DNA of 47,137 nucleotides, from positions 1 to 47,137 of the forward strand of contig SBBB01000016.1 in assembly GCA_005239895.1 (NCBI GenBank), in the 5' to 3' direction. Source of the stretch: a bacterium. GTDB taxonomy: Bacteria; Patescibacteriota; Patescibacteriia; SBBB01. The position numbers and the translations under genes are program-made. Below, piece by piece: positions 1-10,157 of this stretch (position 1 is the stretch's first letter; each line of letters begins with the position of its first letter). The notes below the pieces were generated by a model. It made no database searches and was not told the DNA's origin. It saw only the letters and a program-made list of their open reading frames with translations.

Positions 1-1710
1 ACCTTGTTTCGCGAGCAACTCTTCGTGATTGCCATCTTCTATAATTTCACCTTTATCAAGCACAATAATGCGTTTCATTTTTTTAATAGTGCTAAGGCGA
101 TGGGCAATTACCAATGTCGTTCGATCTCGCATTAATTCTTCAAAAGCTTCTTTAATATATTTTTCACTGATAGTATCCAGTGAACTCGTAGCTTCGTCCA
201 AAACTAAAATAGGAGCGTTCTTTAACATAGCCCGAGCAATAGCAATCCGCTGACGTTCACCGCCTGATAATTTAATGCCGCGTTCACCCACAAAAGTAGC
301 ATAACCGTGGGGCAAAGCATTTATAAATTCGTGAGCATGCGCTTTTTTGGAAGCCTCAACTATTTCATCTTCATTAGCTTCAGGTTTGCCGTATCTAATA
401 TTTTCCTCTAAAGAACGATGAAATAAAATTGGATCTTGAGGAACATACGCAATTGATTTTCTAAGATCATCTTGCGTAATAGAAGCAATATTTTGCCCGT
501 CTATAGTGATAGCTCCACTGCTTACATCCGCAAAACGTAGTAATAACTTTGTAATTGTAGATTTTCCAGCCCCAGATAATCCTACCAACCCCACAGTTTC
601 TCCAGACTCAATAATTAAAGAAAAGTTTTTGAATACTGAAAAACCACTTTTATAAGAAAAAGATACATTATCAAAAACAATACGTCCATTTTTAATTTTA
701 GATAATTCTGGTTGTTGAGCATCTAAAACATCGGGTTTAATTTCAAATATTTTAACCATTTCAACTGATTCCGCAAGGTTTTGACTAAATTGAGACACGG
801 ATCTGCCCAAACTCCAGACACCCGCAGCAATACTCCAAAAATAAAACTGGATAATTACAATTGTTCCAATTGAAATATCTCCCCGAAGCCAAAAAATAAT
901 TGCTAAATACAAACCACCAATTTCTAATACTCCAATTAGAATACTTTGTACCATGCTTCTAAAATTATGTAATTTCCCTGCTCTAAAACGAGCCTCATGT
1001 TCACGATTAGTTACATCTTGAAAAGAGCTATATTCTGGCTTAAAAGATGTAAACATTTTTAAATTAAGCATGTTTGTTATTACGTCTGCTAGACGGGCCG
1101 CAACTTCAGAATCTTGAGCAGCTTGCTTAAGATCATAAGGAATAATTTTATTGGTAATAATCAAAACAATAAAAATATATAAAATGGACCATCCTAGAAA
1201 AAACAAACCAATTCTGGGTTCCATAATAAAAAGAGCAATAAAAATTGCTACTAACTCAACTCCGTTTGTCCAAAAAGAAAAAACAAAATGCTCAAACAAA
1301 TGCTCAAATGCTCTAACAAACCGTTTAGTTTTTGCTACTAAAGCTCCGGCAAAATTATTAGCAAAAAATGTATAGGAATGAGAAACTAAGTTTGAAAAAG
1401 CAAAATTATATAATTCCGAAATAATTTTACTTTGAGATTTCAATAAATAATGATCTGAAATTCTAAAAATAACCTCACGACTTACAACTAAAATACTTAT
1501 AGCTAAAGCAATATGAAATAGTACCGAACTAATATCAGGGTAGCCCTGCAAGTTCGTAAAAGCATCTATTAAGTCGCGATACAAAAGTGGACCTAATACT
1601 TTCCAAAATATAATACCAATACCAAATCCTAAAAAGGGAATTGAAATCGAACGTTTATATTTTTTGATAAATGGCCAATAATAGGTCATTACACTTGCTA
1701 GTTTGTGCAT
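1..1710 (-). CDS. ABC transporter permease/ATP-binding fusion (exporter), 3' end runs off the window
   Basis: Not in the ORF track. Manual translation gives MHKLASVMTYYWPFIKKYK..., TM helices, Walker A GLSGAGKS, LSGGERQR signature, LDEATSSLD, IAHRLST, ending LDKGEIIEDGNHEELLAKQG at base 1. Confidence 0.92.
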   Translation of the reverse strand, partial: MHKLASVMTYYWPFIKKYKRSISIPFLGFGIGIIFWKVLGPLLYRDLIDAFTNLQGYPDISSVLFHIALAISILVVSREVIFRISDHYLLKSQSKIISELYNFAFSNLVSHSYTFFANNFAGALVAKTKRFVRAFEHLFEHFVFSFWTNGVELVAIFIALFIMEPRIGLFFLGWSILYIFIVLIITNKIIPYDLKQAAQDSEVAARLADVITNMLNLKMFTSFKPEYSSFQDVTNREHEARFRAGKLHNFRSMVQSILIGVLEIGGLYLAIIFWLRGDISIGTIVIIQFYFWSIAAGVWSLGRSVSQFSQNLAESVEMVKIFEIKPDVLDAQQPELSKIKNGRIVFDNVSFSYKSGFSVFKNFSLIIESGETVGLVGLSGAGKSTITKLLLRFADVSSGAITIDGQNIASITQDDLRKSIAYVPQDPILFHRSLEENIRYGKPEANEDEIVEASKKAHAHEFINALPHGYATFVGERGIKLSGGERQRIAIARAMLKNAPILVLDEATSSLDTISEKYIKEAFEELMRDRTTLVIAHRLSTIKKMKRIIVLDKGEIIEDGNHEELLAKQG

Positions 1711-1718
1711 AAAAAAAT

Positions 1719-1766
1719 AAGGCTGCCGCTCAATGGAAATTCTTTTATAATCCACTGAGCGGCTTG
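1719..1766 (-). promoter_or_regulatory. Conserved intergenic hairpin, copy 1 (copy 2 at 4101-4152)
   Basis: GCCGCTCA..TGGA/TCCA..TGAGCGGC stem with a TATAAAAGAA loop on the minus strand. Confidence 0.6.
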
Positions 1767-1789
1767 ATTTAACGTAAGTTACTAAAATC

Positions 1790-2839
1790 TTACACAAGTG
1801 TCCATTGAATTTCAGTACCGCCCATAAAAACTGGGATATTGCCAATTTTCTTTGGAATTACTTGGGGTTCGTATCTTATCGTCATAGTTTCTTCACTGGG
1901 TTTAATTCCATAAATGTGAAGAAAATTCTGAGAAAGAAACCTATCAAGATGATGTAAAGCTTTATCTTCATAAAAAACTTGGGTGTACATTTCTACGGGC
2001 TTCACATGAAAAATTCCAGCTGCGCAACCATAACAGCGGGATTTAGCTTTTAAAGGATGAGGCGCTGAATCTGTGCCAGCTCCAAAACGAGAATGACCCG
2101 AAGTTACATATTTACGTACTCGGCGTCTATGTTTTTCGCGCTTTAATACAGGCTTACAATAATTGCCTGGATTCATACCGCCAGAAAACAAAGCATTGCG
2201 ATTCAACATTATGTGTTGAGGTGTTACCGTAGCGTATATATTGTAAGAAGCATCAGCCACAAAATCAGCTGCTCGACCATCAGTTATATGCTCAAACACA
2301 ACTGGCAATCTTGGATGCGCCTTAAGCAATGGCTCCAAATGTTGCTCAACAGAAACAATTTCACGATCAAACTCATCTACACTATCTTCAAAGGCTTCAA
2401 AATGTCCAAGCAATGGAATAGCATGTTCTTCCATAGCTGCAAACACTGGGTAGCGCCCAATCAAATCGGTGACTCCAGCATGAGAACCAGTTGTTCCTCC
2501 TTTTTTGTTTTTATCAACCATGTACATTTTTACTGCGCACCAAACACCTTCTTTAAAACCCCTAACAACTTCATCGGGCTTAATCTCATCTGTTAAATAT
2601 AATGTCATGTAAGGCACAAAATCAGATTCTGGTGGTAATACTGACATTATCTGCTTCTTAAAACTCAATGTTTTTTTAATTGTTGAAGTTTCATTGGGAG
2701 CATCAAGATTGCCCATAATTACTGCTCCAATAGCACGCTGTTTAAGTAAACGCGGAAGAACAATAGGTAGTCTATAATCATCGCGGGGATGATAATGACG
2801 ATCAAACCACCTACGAACAGTTATTGATTCTGGTTCCAT
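1790..2839 (-). CDS. pyrC: Dihydroorotase (E. coli-like class II)
   Basis: HYHPRD, VKMY, FEHIT, VTPQH, YCKPVLK, GTDSAPH motifs; start moved to ATG 2839, which follows AAGGAGG. Confidence 0.9.
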   Translation of the reverse strand: MEPESITVRRWFDRHYHPRDDYRLPIVLPRLLKQRAIGAVIMGNLDAPNETSTIKKTLSFKKQIMSVLPPESDFVPYMTLYLTDEIKPDEVVRGFKEGVWCAVKMYMVDKNKKGGTTGSHAGVTDLIGRYPVFAAMEEHAIPLLGHFEAFEDSVDEFDREIVSVEQHLEPLLKAHPRLPVVFEHITDGRAADFVADASYNIYATVTPQHIMLNRNALFSGGMNPGNYCKPVLKREKHRRRVRKYVTSGHSRFGAGTDSAPHPLKAKSRCYGCAAGIFHVKPVEMYTQVFYEDKALHHLDRFLSQNFLHIYGIKPSEETMTIRYEPQVIPKKIGNIPVFMGGTEIQWTLV

Positions 2840-2953
2840 TTTAACCTCCTTAACAGTTAATGGTTGTCTAAAAAAAACCAAAACACCTCAATGCTTTTGC
2901 TAATACTAACACAATTATTTAAAAATGCAACCCTAAGACAAAAACAGTAAAAT

Positions 2954-4075
2954 TTATTTATTTAATTTTTCCTCAATTCTAGTTTGCGCGATTTTTAAAG
3001 CAATGTCACGAGGATTTTTATTTGTTCTAATACTTTCTTCTAAAACAATTTTATTTATTTTTATAATTTTGTCTTTTACAAGCTCCAACATTTTTTCTGT
3101 ATTATAACCACGATATTCAGCGTATGAAGATATAACCCCTCCTGCATTAGCTATTAAATCCGGGACAATTAAAAGACCTTTTTTAAATAATTCTTTTTCA
3201 ATATTTTCTCGCATGGGAATATTAGCGCCTTCCACAATAATTTTCGCCTTAATGCTATTTTTATTATTTTCATTTATAACATCTGTAACTGACGCTGGAA
3301 TTAAAATATCAACGGGAAGGCTAAATATTTTATCGTGATTAAGTTTTTTCTTGACAGGGGACTTAATTAAAACCAAATCCTGTTTAGTGATTCCATTTTT
3401 ATTATAAATCGTGCCCTTGGTGTTAGCGATAGCTACAATCCTAGCTCCCATTTCTTGCAAATATTTAAAAGCAAAACTGCCAACATTGCCAAATCCTTCT
3501 ATAGCCACGGTTGCTTTTTTAATATCAATGCGTTTCAAATCAGCCGCAACTTTTGCAGCCTGAGCCACTCCAAATCCTGTGCTTCCTAATTCGTGAGGAA
3601 TGCCACATTTTTTAGATCCATTTACATTTATACAAAAATCGGATGGTTTACCTGTGGCTGAATACCAATTATTAGTTGCTTCTACAAACCACTGCATTTC
3701 CCTGTGGCCCGTATTTACATCTGGGCCAGCTATATATTTTTTAGGTGTAAAAAGTTTAATTAATTTAGCAAAACTTTGAATGTATTGTTTTTTTAATTCT
3801 TCTGAGTCTCCGGGTTTACCCTTCGTAGCTTTAGCAAAGGAGGGCCACACAATCCCAGACTTAGCACCACCAAAAGGAATGCCAACTAGGGCATTTTTCC
3901 AAGTCATGGTGCGCGCTAAACGACATACCTCTTCTTCGGTAACACTAGGTGTCATTCTAATACCACCCTTACCAAGACCTAAGGTAGTATTGTCAATAAC
4001 CAAGAAGCCTTCCATGCCAATACGTGCATCGTACACCTTAATTATATACTCAGGTCCAAATTTATCTTTTTTCAT
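2954..4075 (-). CDS. gdhA: Glu/Leu/Phe/Val dehydrogenase (glutamate dehydrogenase-like) with a 10-aa palindromic insert
   Basis: GKGGIR, MTWKNA, GGAKSGI, GPDVNT, EGFGNVG, EGAN, ANAGGV; likely start MKKDKFGPE at 4075. Confidence 0.85.
   Translation of the reverse strand: MKKDKFGPEYIIKVYDARIGMEGFLVIDNTTLGLGKGGIRMTPSVTEEEVCRLARTMTWKNALVGIPFGGAKSGIVWPSFAKATKGKPGDSEELKKQYIQSFAKLIKLFTPKKYIAGPDVNTGHREMQWFVEATNNWYSATGKPSDFCINVNGSKKCGIPHELGSTGFGVAQAAKVAADLKRIDIKKATVAIEGFGNVGSFAFKYLQEMGARIVAIANTKGTIYNKNGITKQDLVLIKSPVKKKLNHDKIFSLPVDILIPASVTDVINENNKNSIKAKIIVEGANIPMRENIEKELFKKGLLIVPDLIANAGGVISSYAEYRGYNTEKMLELVKDKIIKINKIVLEESIRTNKNPRDIALKIAQTRIEEKLNK
3815..3844 (-). mobile_element. 30-bp palindromic element inserted in-frame in gdh (encodes PSFAKATKGK)
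   Basis: CCCTCCTTTGCTAAAGCTACGAAGGGTAAA; related copies at 41622-41687 and 42194-42253. Confidence 0.75.
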
Positions 4076-4100
4076 ATATTTTTTTAAAATTAAAAAAATT

Positions 4101-4152
4101 AAGACTGCCGCCCACTGGTAATTATTTCTTTTATAGTCCAATGAGCGGCTTG
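4101..4152 (-). promoter_or_regulatory. Conserved intergenic hairpin, copy 2
   Basis: Close match to 1719-1766. Confidence 0.6.
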
Positions 4153-4156
4153 TAAA

Positions 4157-5077
4157 TTAATTCTCTTTCTGGAAATTTTTTAGTCTTTGCTCTATTTTAA
4201 CAAACTCGGTTGGCTTCCATGGATTTGTAAAAAGTGTCCACGGTTTTCCTTTGGTTGGCAAATGAATTGTAGCAAAACTAACAGCACTAGCCCCAAAACT
4301 CCTGACTATATCCATATCTTTAAAATCCATAATGCTCGAACCAATTACAGGAAGGGATCCTTGTTTGGCAAGAACCCGCACAGCCTGCCAATTAAATTTT
4401 TGAGCTAGTATGCCGGAAACGCCTCCACCTCCACCGCCAACCTTTTTCTCAAGTCTCCAAAGCGGACTTCTCTCGTTGGGAAATGCTATTTCCCAGGGTA
4501 CGCTGTTGATTGAAATTGCTTCCGCAACTCCTTCTAAGCCACACGCAATGGCAACGTAGTCTTGAGCCACCGAAACCTTAACAATCAATGGATGACGAGA
4601 AACTTTGCGAACTGCTCTTACATCACTAACCACTGTTTCCGCAACATGAATCTGCGCACCACTATTCGGACAAGCTGAATTTACTTCCAAACCAACAAGA
4701 TCAAAAGTATTTAACATTTCTGCCATTTCTACCAATTCATCTTGCGTACCATAAATTGAACCAACTAATGGATTGGTCTGAAAATCAAGATACGGACCAA
4801 TATTTTTACACCACCACTCAATACCCTTGTTGGTCAAACCAACCTTATTAACCGCTCCACCATCAATTAATTTGACGCATTCCCAAGGTTTACACCATCG
4901 TAAATTACCTGGACGTTTATGTCGAGTTAAAGTTTTTAAAACAACTGTAAAAAGTGTTGGGTCAATAATCCCAAACCATACGAAAGGCTTTTCCCATAAA
5001 TAACCTTTACCATCAAAAGCTAAACCACCACTTGCTATCATGTATTCAAAACTATGACCATTAGACAGAGTAATCAT
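4157..5077 (-). CDS. pyrD: Dihydroorotate dehydrogenase, family 1-like
   Basis: IASG, KTLT..RPGN, NKVGLTNKG, NSACPN, IVKVS, SINS, GGVSG; SD GGAGGG. Confidence 0.8.
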   Translation of the reverse strand: MITLSNGHSFEYMIASGGLAFDGKGYLWEKPFVWFGIIDPTLFTVVLKTLTRHKRPGNLRWCKPWECVKLIDGGAVNKVGLTNKGIEWWCKNIGPYLDFQTNPLVGSIYGTQDELVEMAEMLNTFDLVGLEVNSACPNSGAQIHVAETVVSDVRAVRKVSRHPLIVKVSVAQDYVAIACGLEGVAEAISINSVPWEIAFPNERSPLWRLEKKVGGGGGGVSGILAQKFNWQAVRVLAKQGSLPVIGSSIMDFKDMDIVRSFGASAVSFATIHLPTKGKPWTLFTNPWKPTEFVKIEQRLKNFQKEN

Positions 5078-5193
5078 GTGGACCCTCCGTTTTTGATGAA
5101 CGCACCAAGCCGCATTCTTAGCTTAATTTCAGGGTATTACATTTATTAAAAAATTACAATCTATTTAATTAAAAAAATTTATTAAAATCATTC

Positions 5194-5222
5194 GAGGCAC
5201 CACTACATTGCAGTGGTGCCTC
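5194..5222. terminator. Hairpin downstream of purC-purE
   Basis: GAGGCACCACT/AGTGGTGCCTC perfect 11-bp stem. Confidence 0.55.
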
Positions 5223-5265
5223 ATTTAAATTTTTCTAAATAATCACAAAACCAATACAGTAAATG

Positions 5266-6608
5266 TTATATCATCATGAAGTTACATAAACGCTTCTCCT
5301 GCCTCAAACGAAGCTCGGCGTAAATAAGTGGATTACGCATGGCTAAAATTTGAAGCGCATGAAGAACCGCATTCTTTGGTTCAAGAATTGTTGAGACAGG
5401 CACATCGCTTGGCGTTCTAAGCGATGACCACACATCTTCCGGAAATTCTCTCCATGTAGCAGGAACCGTAATTATTGGAACCGTACATTGAGCAGACAAA
5501 GTCGGCCCAGCACCATTACTTCTTCCGCAAAAGACGATAATGACAGAATCCGGAACCTCCTGGACTATCTTCTGTATTTCTTCACAGGCCCGAATAGGTT
5601 CTTTGTGCAAAGAACAAGTTACAACTTTTTTCCTCCAGCCAATATCAGTGTCATACATAGAAGCAGGATCATCAAGTAACTTGATACCACCAGTTTCTGC
5701 TCTTCTCCATGGACAATAATCAGCAATAGCATCATCAAACAATTTCAAGCCGTCGTTCTCCGACGCTCTCCAAAGTATAAGTTGTTGGCGTGGAATATTG
5801 AAACTTCCGGTCAACTCAGATACAAGTCGGTATTTCGTGGTAACAGTGTTGAGATCCACGTTGTCACGATAAAGCTGCTTGTCAATGTACTGCCCATCTT
5901 CGAGCACTCTCCACGAATCGTTAGTTATTTCATCTGCAAGTCTCAATTTGCCATCTGGGTTTATACCAAACTCCACCTTAAAGTCCACTAACCTCCTTCC
6001 AACAAGTTGCCACGCTTTCTCCAAAATAAGAAAAGTTTTAATGGCAATATCACCAATTTCTGTAATCTTATCTGGTGAACCTTTCAAAGGAAAATCGTTT
6101 AAAACATGAAAAGGTGTTTGTTGGTACATGGGCTGATCGGGAAGATAAAGCAGGGCGCGATCTTCTTCAAAAAGCATAAGCGGATCATCCTTAGGAAGAT
6201 CAATTTCTCCATACTTCTTGCCAGAGGTCTTCAAAAAAAACTCCAACAATAATTTTGGAAAAAGGCGACCTTTCTTAAACTCCGGATAACGCTTTAAAAA
6301 CGATCCATGCGCTTCTCTCCTTACAACCACCTCTAAAGAAATCATATCACAACGCTCGGCAGTAAACTGCGTTTCGCTTACTTCTTCAATAAAAGCAACA
6401 GGCAAACCACACTCCTTAAGCAGACGAAAAACATTTGCATTGGTCCTGTTAGAAAACGCAGCCTTCCCTTTAATAACATCATGCTTAGCTCCGTCTCCAG
6501 CAGTCAGATCGTCTTTGGATTGAATAACAACAACATCTGGATTTTCTGACAGTGTGTATATTTTTTTGTTTTTCCTTCGATCAATAATTCTCGTGTGTCT
6601 GTACTCAT
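5266..6608 (-). CDS. purC: Bifunctional SAICAR synthetase / class II AIR carboxylase (PAICS-like PurC-PurE fusion), with a -1 frameshift at the A7 run (6561-6567)
   Basis: ATG 6608 after AAAGGGGTG gives MSTDTRELLIEGKTKK; the -1 frame continues IYTL..SKDDLTAGDG..VDFKVEFG..ADEITNDSWR..DKQLYR..GRSNGAG..DVWSSLRTPS. Confidence 0.85.
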
Positions 6609-6720
6609 CGTCTCACCCCTTTCGTTTAAGTTTATTGTTTTACGTTTACCTTCTGGAAAACTAACCCCTGATTATTCTAATCTAACACTATGCGATTATT
6701 TTGGCAACCCTATTAATAGT

Positions 6721-6795
6721 TAAAAAGCCGAAAGTAAAAAGTAGAAAGTAGAAAGCCGAAGGTCCCGAGGTACACTGAGGGATCGAAAGTAATAA
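6721..6795 (+). repeat. Degenerate heptamer AAAGT(A/C)(G/A) tandem repeats interrupted by a short palindrome
   Basis: aaagccg aaagtaa aaagtag aaagtag aaagccg; similar runs at 20163-20205 (reverse) and 41574-41611. Confidence 0.5.
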
Positions 6796-6853
6796 AATTT
6801 ATTTAAAAAATAATGACCTTATGAACTTGATAATTTTATAACTTTATACTAAT

Positions 6854-7315
6854 ATGAGCTACAAAGAGGATAATCAAACAAACTACAGGAGAATCATGAA
6901 AGATCATGAACAAGAAAATTTAGACCTAAAACAGATTGCCATAAAGCTACAAAATGAAATTGATAAATATCCCCATGAATTAATTCTTGTAATTTCAGAG
7001 GAATGTGTGTTTTTTCTTGGTTTTCTTGATAGTAGTAAAAAGTTAAAGATTGATGAAATTCACCAAGCCTGCTGGCTACCAACTAATAAGTATATTGGTC
7101 GTCCTTGCATAGATGGACTTAAAATAAATCAAATGATTCGCTATGCAGGCGAGATTATTGTTCCTATAAAACATTTTTCTTCGGATTCCATTAATTACCA
7201 AATCAAAGTAGGTAATAAAGCTGTGACAGATTTTTTTTATAGCCAAGGTGGTGTTTATCTAGAATTGTTTAGACAAACCTTGCACGCTCTCAATAGACTA
7301 AGACTGGGTAGTTAA
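6854..7315 (+). CDS. Hypothetical protein
   Basis: 153-aa ORF followed by hairpin GGGGTATTAC/GTAATACCCC (7316-7347). Confidence 0.6.
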   Translation: MSYKEDNQTNYRRIMKDHEQENLDLKQIAIKLQNEIDKYPHELILVISEECVFFLGFLDSSKKLKIDEIHQACWLPTNKYIGRPCIDGLKINQMIRYAGEIIVPIKHFSSDSINYQIKVGNKAVTDFFYSQGGVYLELFRQTLHALNRLRLGS

Positions 7316-7389
7316 GGGGTATTACTTACATTTATCTGTAATACCCCGTCAAAACTTTTATTGTTTGTAGTTTTTTAAACTTTTATGAA

Positions 7390-7609
7390 TCCCGTTAGAA
7401 GCCGCGATCGCATATAAAATTAAAAACTATTATTATGACAAAATATCTGAAAAATAATTCTAAAATTATGCAGATTGGTTTGATCGCGACTTGTCCCGTT
7501 TAGAAGTTTATATTTCGTATCTAAATTTTAAAAGTATTTAATATAGTAAATATGAGCAAGAGATCAAACGATCATTATAAGACTTTTACGGGATCTGCTT
7601 CTAGCGGGA
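7390..7609. mobile_element. MITE (TCCCGTTAGAA...TTCTAGCGGGA, TSD TGAA) containing a nested 100-bp MITE at 7494-7593
   Basis: Terminal inverted repeats, TGAA on both flanks, ends match the 40947-41060 copy. Confidence 0.8.
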
Positions 7610-8199
7610 TGAAAGCAATTATATTTGATTTTGACGGTGTCATACATGACACTTTTGAATTTCATAGAAGTAAAATCAATAAATATTGTAAAACAAATTT
7701 ATCAGAACAAAATTATAAAGATATACATAATGGAAATTTTTTTGATAATGCCCCAGACGAACTCAAAAACACAGATTGGATAAAATATAGAGACCTTATT
7801 CACCACGAATTATCTAGTTTAAAAACTAAAAAAGAAATTAAGGCTACAATTTTAAAACTTAATAAAAAATACAAACTATATATTGTTAGTTCAGGAGGAT
7901 CTAATGCCATACTGAACTATTTAATTAAAAACAAAATATCTGTTTTTAAAGAAATCCTGGGAATGGAAAGCCATAGGTCAAAAATAGAAAAATTTAAGTT
8001 TATTTTTGATAAACATAATTTAACCGCCAAGGAATGTGTATTTATAACCGATACTTTGGGTGATATTTTGGAAGCCAATCAAGTTGGAATTAAAACCATT
8101 GCGGTTAGTTATGGTTTTCACCCTAAAGAAACCCTTCAAAAAGGCAAGCCTCATAAAATCATTTCTAGTTTAAACGAATTGTTAGAACTTTTAAATTAA
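7609..8199 (+). CDS. HAD-family hydrolase (phosphoglycolate phosphatase-like)
   Basis: MKAIIFDFDGVI motif I; FITDTLGDI; the true start lies at the MITE right end. Confidence 0.85.
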   Translation: MKAIIFDFDGVIHDTFEFHRSKINKYCKTNLSEQNYKDIHNGNFFDNAPDELKNTDWIKYRDLIHHELSSLKTKKEIKATILKLNKKYKLYIVSSGGSNAILNYLIKNKISVFKEILGMESHRSKIEKFKFIFDKHNLTAKECVFITDTLGDILEANQVGIKTIAVSYGFHPKETLQKGKPHKIISSLNELLELLN

Positions 8200-8204
8200 A
8201 TTTT

Positions 8205-8849
8205 ATGTTCTTTCAAGACAGGTCCGAGGCTGGTAAAAAACTAGCTGAAATATTATTGCCATTTAAAGATAATAATCAGGTAATTGTTTTGGGACTGCCG
8301 CGTGGCGGTGTAATTACAGCTTACGAAGTTGCCAAAAAATTAAACGCAGCCCTAGATATTATTATTGTTCGGAAAATTGGCGCGCCTTATAATCCTGAAT
8401 TCGCTATCGGTGCTATAACTGAAGATGGAACTTTTCTAGTTGATCAAGATATAATGACTTTACATAATATCTCTCCAGAATATATAAATGTACAATTGCA
8501 AAATCATAAACAAGAAATTGAACGCCGGATTTTATTGTATCGTCACAATAAACTGCCATTGAATCTAAAAAATAAAACTGTAATAATTATTGATGATGGT
8601 ATTGCAACGGGATTAACCATATTAGCTTCAATTCAATCTGTAAAAAACCAAAAAGCGAAATGTATTATAGTGGCTACACCTGTGGCAGCTGCAGATTCTT
8701 TAGAAAAAATTAAAAAATTAACGGATAATGTGTTTTGCCTGTACGCACCTATGTTTTTTGGAGCAGTAGGGGAGTTTTATAATAATTTTGATCAAACTAG
8801 TGACGAAGAGGTTATAAAATTATTGCAACAAAACTCAGATATTTTATAA
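8205..8849 (+). CDS. Phosphoribosyltransferase family protein
   Basis: GLPRGGV, RKIGAP, IIIDDGIATG PRPP-binding loop. Confidence 0.88.
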   Translation: MFFQDRSEAGKKLAEILLPFKDNNQVIVLGLPRGGVITAYEVAKKLNAALDIIIVRKIGAPYNPEFAIGAITEDGTFLVDQDIMTLHNISPEYINVQLQNHKQEIERRILLYRHNKLPLNLKNKTVIIIDDGIATGLTILASIQSVKNQKAKCIIVATPVAAADSLEKIKKLTDNVFCLYAPMFFGAVGEFYNNFDQTSDEEVIKLLQQNSDIL

Positions 8850-8893
8850 CCACTAGTTTTTAAATTTTATCTATTAAGATATAATTATTACTT

Positions 8894-9334
8894 ATGAAAA
8901 TTTATTTTGCAGGATCAATTACAGGTGGAAGGGGTGACAAGGAACTTTATCTTGAAATTATAAACCTACTTAAAAAACATGGAACAGTGTTGACCGAACA
9001 CGTCGGAGCTCAAACCTTATCAGCCATGGGAAATGTTGACTTAACAGATGAATTTACTTATGAACGTTGTATGAATTGGACTAAAGAAGCTGATGTTATT
9101 GTAGCTGAAGTCACCACTCCTAGTTTAGGCGTTGGCTATGAAATTGGAGAAATGTCTGGAATAAAACCCATACTTTGTTTATACAGACTTCAAGATGGAA
9201 AAAGAGTATCGCGAATGCTCACTGGCAATAAAAATTTACAAACTGAAAAATATGAAACAATCAAAGATATTGAAACTATATTAGAAAACTTTTTTAAAAA
9301 CTTTTATGCAAACGACAAAACTAATTTATCTTGA
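8894..9334 (+). CDS. Nucleoside 2-deoxyribosyltransferase / RCL(DNPH1)-like N-glycosidase
   Basis: IYFAGSITGG, VLTEHV, AEVTTPSLGVGYEIG. Confidence 0.85.
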   Translation: MKIYFAGSITGGRGDKELYLEIINLLKKHGTVLTEHVGAQTLSAMGNVDLTDEFTYERCMNWTKEADVIVAEVTTPSLGVGYEIGEMSGIKPILCLYRLQDGKRVSRMLTGNKNLQTEKYETIKDIETILENFFKNFYANDKTNLS

Positions 9335-10052
9335 AAATTTTAATCTTCTCACATCTAACGCTCAAGTTATTGAAATAGTATCAGAAAATAATAAAGAAAT
9401 TATTATTTTAGATCAAACGATTTTTTATCCTCAAGGTGGAGGACAACCTTATGATCAAGGTATGATTGAAGGAAATTCTGCTAAATTTATAGTAGAAGAA
9501 GTGCGTTTTGTGGATGGGACAGTAAAACATATTGGAAAATTTGAATTTGGTAATTTTCAAATTGGCGAAAATGTAAAATGTTTAGTTAATGAAACGCGTC
9601 GCGTACTTAATAGTCGCTTGCATTCAGCTGGACATATTATTGATATGGCAATTACAGATTTAAAACTCAACTGGACTCCTATAAAGGGTTATCATTTCCC
9701 AGATGGTCCGTATGTTGAATATGCCGCAAGTTCTAATGAATTAGATAAGGAAAAATTAAAAATTGATATTGAAAACATGGGTAACAAATTTATAAATGAA
9801 AACCGAGAAACAAAAATTATTTTTATGGATAAAGAAAAAATGAAAGAGGTTTGCCATTTTGTTCCTGAATATATTCCTGAAGGCAAACCAAGCCGAGTTG
9901 TTATGTATGGAGATTTTGGAATTCCATGTGGAGGAACTCATGTGAATCGTCTCGGCGATATTAAAAAACTAATTATTAGAAAAATAAAATCCAATGGCGC
10001 TAATATTCGGGTTAGTTATGATGTTGAAGGTCCTGTAGGGATTGAAAGATAA
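9306..10052 (+). CDS. AlaX-type alanyl-tRNA editing protein
   Basis: DQTIFYPQGGGQP, HSAGH and CGGTH zinc motifs. Confidence 0.9.
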   Translation: MQTTKLIYLENFNLLTSNAQVIEIVSENNKEIIILDQTIFYPQGGGQPYDQGMIEGNSAKFIVEEVRFVDGTVKHIGKFEFGNFQIGENVKCLVNETRRVLNSRLHSAGHIIDMAITDLKLNWTPIKGYHFPDGPYVEYAASSNELDKEKLKIDIENMGNKFINENRETKIIFMDKEKMKEVCHFVPEYIPEGKPSRVVMYGDFGIPCGGTHVNRLGDIKKLIIRKIKSNGANIRVSYDVEGPVGIER

Positions 10053-10157
10053 ATTTTTATAATATCTCTCAGGTTTGTTTTTAATCAAATTCTATGTTAT
10101 GGTATTGCTGTGTTTTAACAAGAGTGAAATTGTGATATTGACTATGGGAGGGTCAAA

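Noticed and set aside
29-1375. + strand ORFs 29-253 and 1151-1375
   Set aside because: Antisense shadows of the ABC transporter
2213-6109. + strand ORFs overlapping pyrC, gdh, pyrD and purCE
   Set aside because: Antisense to well-supported genes, with no motifs
7552-7608. N-terminal extensions in the ORF track for HAD (also 41030-41059, gdh 4076-4141, dnaA 38080-38157)
   Set aside because: They are read-through into MITE, hairpin or intergenic DNA; family motifs begin at the later ATG
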